Assembly (NCBI GenBank): GCA_951406725.2
Contig: OX597833.1
Location: forward strand, 64,356,001-64,420,000
DNA from: Octopus vulgaris
Taxonomy: Eukaryota
Reading direction: 5' to 3'
DNA length: 64,000 nucleotides
The translations under genes were made by a program, and so were the position numbers. Numbering within the stretch: position 1 is the stretch's first letter; each line of letters opens with the position of its first letter. Below the pieces are notes generated by a model. That model did no database searches, had not been told where the DNA came from, and was given only the letters and a program-made list of their open reading frames with translations. Of this stretch, positions 59,584 through 64,000 are shown piece by piece.

Positions 59584-60440
59584 ATCTCCCCTATTTCTTC
59601 GCTCCCCAGTGTGACCCTTCTGTCCGGCAGTCGCCATTATAGATCGGTAGCCACTACACACATTTTTTCTCTCCTTGTTTTTTCTGTGTTCCTTTCTGTG
59701 GAAGAGCGTAGGCTCGAAACGTAAAACACTTTTTCAATTACCGAGCATTATACTAAGACATCTGTTTGTTTTCTACACCACCTGTCTTCGTCTTTTGTTG
59801 TTTTTTTTCGTGAATTCTCCCCGTATATATATATATATATATATATGTAATCCCCAAAAGACTAACAAACAAAAATACCCAACAACGCGAGCACATGGTA
59901 ACATGTAAAGTATTAGCAGACGCTCAGGGAAGGAAAGACAGATGATTTAATGTTTCGAGCAGGGCTCTTCTTTAAAAACAGAGGAATGTCCAATAGAAAG
60001 GAAAACGGACGAAGAAAATCGCTAACGATTCACATGTGGTTACATTTTGAAATGACCGGAAGGCAATGGGTGAAGGAAAAATTATTTCTAAGACAGGAGA
60101 GTGTAAGAGAAGGAGGTATACATGTGTATGTGTAGGTATGTGCGTGCACACAAGTCTGTACGTGTGGGTGCGTAATAGCACGTGTGTGTGCGTGTGTATG
60201 TGTGTGTGTGTGTGAACGAGGTGTTGTGTGTGGAAGTATATATGTAAGTATACATGTAATGAATGTATGTATATACAGAATGCGATGGGCAGTTTTTTTT
60301 TAAATTCTCTCTCTGTTTATTTCCTCGTGTTCTTATCTGCTGAAGAGCTTATACTGGAAACATAAAAGACTTCCTCACATTACCGAGCGTGAAACTAATA
60401 CACCTGTCTTCTTCATCTGATTTTACGTAAATTTCAACTA
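59580..60440. mobile_element. Three related microsatellite-embedded fragments with hammerhead-like motifs (probable PLE pLTR pieces)
   Basis: GAAGAGC-loop-GCTCGAAA-NN-TA at 59696-59726 (+), ~59945-59980 (-) and 60337-60369 (+, decayed). Confidence 0.5.
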
Positions 60441-60475
60441 TATGTATACACACACATACACATACACAAATATAC

Positions 60476-60524
<49 letters not shown>

Positions 60525-60537
60525 TCTCCAAACCTTC

Positions 60538-60632
<95 letters not shown>

Positions 60633-60713
60633 CAATGTGTATACCTATACGTATGTGTGTTTCTGTGTGTATAGAGGGAGTATCTATGAATGTATGAGGC
60701 AGCTAGAAGAAAG

Positions 60714-62659
60714 GGTTAATATAGGGCGTTACGATTATCAGAAAATCAAAAAAAAATGTGTGTAATAGGTGTAAAACAACTTCCTATGAACGAATATGAA
60801 AAAAAAAATTCGCGCACGCGAAAGGGGGTGGGGGAGAGGCCTCGGAAAATTCACATCGGGAAGTTCCGAAAGCGTCTGAGGGGCTGACCCGGGCACCAAA
60901 ACAAAAAAAAAATAGTGTAATATGTGTAAAACAACTTGCTCTAAACGAATATGACAAAAAAAATGCGCTCTCGCGAAAGAGGGTTGGGGGAGAGGCCTCG
61001 GAAAATTTATATCGGGAATTTCCGAAAGCGTCTGAACCGGGCACAAAAACAAAAACAAAAACAGCGTAATAGGTGTAAAACAACTTGCTCTAAACGACTA
61101 TCATGAAAAAAATGCGCGCTCGCGAAAGGGGGTGGGGGAGAGGCTTCGGAAATTTCACATCTTCAGTCCACGGCCTTTAAACTAAGAAAAAATAGTGTAA
61201 TTGGGTTAAAACTACTTGTTCTAAACGAGTATCAAGAACACACACTCACACATGAATCATAAAATCATATTTCGCAAAAAAAAAAAAATAAAGAGAAGAA
61301 ATTCTGGAAAAAGTGAAGAAATGTTGGATCTCCGCCATGTGAATCAAAATACGTGTCAGAAACATCTTGAAATACTACAGAAATTATGTTTCAAAAATGA
61401 TAATGTATACATACATCTTTGAGTGGTCCATCGATAATGATGATAAAGAAATGAGTTGGATTTGAACTCAGAATATTGACTAACACAACTACATACTACA
61501 AGACTCAAAATATTCAGCCAAGTCACCACCCTTTAACTAGCAATAATAATAACATCAATAACATAACAGCCAAAAGATTTATTTGTTCTGAAAATAACAA
61601 TCATAGTAAATAAATATGTTCTTTAATATTCACATTCATGTGCACAGTTAAACACACTTACATACAAACAGTCACGCATGCATAATACAGAACGGAACAC
61701 ATAAATGAAGGATGCATTACTTAGTATATATTACAACTAGAGAATTTTGATTAATAAGTCAAATATGCAAATTATAAAGATAATTAATTGCTTTACTAAA
61801 CAGTGTTGTAAAGGTGAAAAAATAAATTTGGGAAAAAAATACACGCCAAAACTAATTAATAAAGGATAATTAGGGAAGGATTGACACAAAATAATAATTT
61901 TTTCTGTCTCTTTTTTTCTGATAAATGCATCTTAATAAGTGAGAAGAATTGCATATATCTGAACTATTTCAAAGAAAAGCATAAATTTAATGTTTAAAAT
62001 AGCTTTAACCAATGAATGAGATCCAACATTTCTTCACTTTTTCCAGAATTTCTTCTCTTTATTTTTTTTTTCTTTTTTGCGAAATATGTACAAAAATACG
62101 GAGTTTATGATTCATGTGTGAGTGTGTGTTCTTGATACTCGTTTAGAACAAGTAGTTTTACACCAATTACACTATTTATTCTTAGTTTAAAGGCTGTGGA
62201 CTGAAGATGTGAAATTTCCGAAGCCTCTCCCCCACCCCCCTTTCGCGAGCGCGCATTTTTTTCATGATAGTCGTTTAGAGCAAGTTGTTTTACACCTATT
62301 ACGCTGTTTTTGTTTTTGTTTTTGTGCCCGGTTCAGACGCTTTCGGAAATTCCCGATATAAATTTTCCGAGGCCTCTCCCCCACCCCTCTTTCGCGAGAG
62401 CGCATTTTTTTTGTCATATTCGTTTAGAGCAAGTTGTTTTACACATATTACACTATTTTTTGTTTGTTTTGGTGCACGGGTCAGCTCCTCAGACGCTTTC
62501 GGAACTTCCCGATGTGAATTTTCCGAGGCCTCTCCCCCATCCCCCTTTCGCGTGAGCGAATTTTTTTTTTCATATTCGTTCATAGGAAGTTGTTTTACAC
62601 CTATTACACACACATTTTTTTTTTTGATTTTCTGATAATCGTAACGCCCTATATTAACC
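60714..62659. mobile_element. Non-autonomous foldback DNA transposon, Merlin-like
   Basis: TIRs 60714-61332 and 62018-62659 with GG...CC termini; perfect 8-bp TSD GAAGAAAG at 60706-60713 and 62660-62667; ~130-155-bp subrepeats inside the TIRs; AT-rich non-coding core. Confidence 0.88.
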
Positions 62660-63545
62660 GAAGAAAGTCTATGTGGTGTCATTTTTAACATACTAGAAGA
62701 AAAAGTAGTGAAATCTCCCTCATAGAATAGTATGTTCAATTTCGATAATGTAATCGACTCTCTTTAAAAGAGAAATGAGATCATTACAAACGATGAATTG
62801 ACCTTAATCGATAGATCACGCTCGATCAGGGCTGATTCTGAAGGGAGACAAAAATAAAGACAAACAAAAGAACGGTGCCAATCAATGCAACAGTAAAAAA
62901 ATTGTGGTTTTTTTTTTGCCATAAACGCAATAATTCCTCATTGAGGAAAATAAAAATGATATTAAACTAAACGACACGAACAACAAGAATATGATTTTAT
63001 TATTGACTCAAAATAAAAGAGATGTAACAAGTATTTAATTCTGGTTTACTATTGCCATAAAGCTGTGTTTTTTTATTATTTTTTTTTATTTCTTTGCTTC
63101 TTGTTTATTTGTTTGTTAGTAATTTCTGTGTGACAATTCCGTTTAAATGTTTATGAACGTTAAATATATATCTCATACATATGTTTGTATGTGTATGCGT
63201 GCGTGTGTGTGTGTGTGTGAGTATATAGTGTGTGTATGTGTGCATGGCGTGTGTGAGTGTGTGTGTGTATATGTTTGTGTATATTTGTGTGTGTGTGTGT
63301 GTGTGTTTATATTCATCTCCGAAGAAACTACACACAACCGCACCTCTTTTTCTCTATTCACTTGTTGGTGTTGTTATTGTTGTTGTTGTTGTTATATTTA
63401 TTGTTGTTACTTCTGGTTTCAAATTTTGGTACAAGGCCAGCAATTTCGGGCGGGGGTATGTCAATTACAAATGTGAGGATGAACAAAATGCCGCCAAGAG
63501 GATGTTTTCTGTTGTTTTCTTTGTGTTCTAACTCGTCATTTCATA

Positions 63546-63616
<71 letters not shown>

Positions 63617-63644
63617 ATATATATGCATGTATGTATATGTATAG

Positions 63645-63697
<53 letters not shown>

Positions 63698-63722
63698 TAA
63701 GTATATTTATATACATATATAC

Positions 63723-63795
<73 letters not shown>

Positions 63796-64000
63796 TATAT
63801 GATAAGCATCTACACATATCAGGGAACAAATTGTTTTCAAAGATGTCCTTTTATTTTCCCAATCATCTATAATACGTGCGTAAATAGAAGAGATAAACCA
63901 ATCGAACTTATTGCTCACCTCTATTTCACATTGCAGTCCATCTTACATCATTGTTCGGGAATTGATATATTTCGATATTCACATCATTATATTGGATCTA

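Noticed and set aside
60711-60722. GGGTTAA as a piggyBac end
   Set aside because: The TTAA lies inside the TIR; the true boundary is set by the 8-bp TSD.

Overview
AT-rich, repeat-saturated animal genomic DNA, most likely an intron or intergenic region. I can support no host protein-coding exon, rRNA, true tRNA or CRISPR array, and almost all long ORFs in the track are read-throughs of microsatellites. The tRNA-derived SINE families, the LINE clades and the extreme (TA)n/(CATA)n/(GATA)n load resemble a coleoid cephalopod (Octopus-like) genome; this is an inference from pattern recognition, not a database result. Supported content: (1) three 3' portions of a Tx1/L1-clade LINE, all joined to (GATA)n at an identical 3' junction; (2) a 5'-truncated Penelope-like element (GIY-YIG) in (TA)n with a minimal hammerhead ribozyme and an inverted pLTR copy; (3) several more hammerhead-like motifs in small TA-embedded fragments, two with a U3-A8 covariant core; (4) a probable Dong/R4-type 3' end in (TAA)n; (5) a 1.9-kb foldback DNA element with 8-bp TSD (Merlin-like), a non-autonomous Helitron, a hAT MITE, and mariner, CR1 and RTE relics; (6) at least four SINE families, one forming head-less tandem multimers; (7) several local inverted duplications. 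The most interesting signals are the apparent partitioning of microsatellite types among different retroelements, the hammerhead variants and the SINE multimers.
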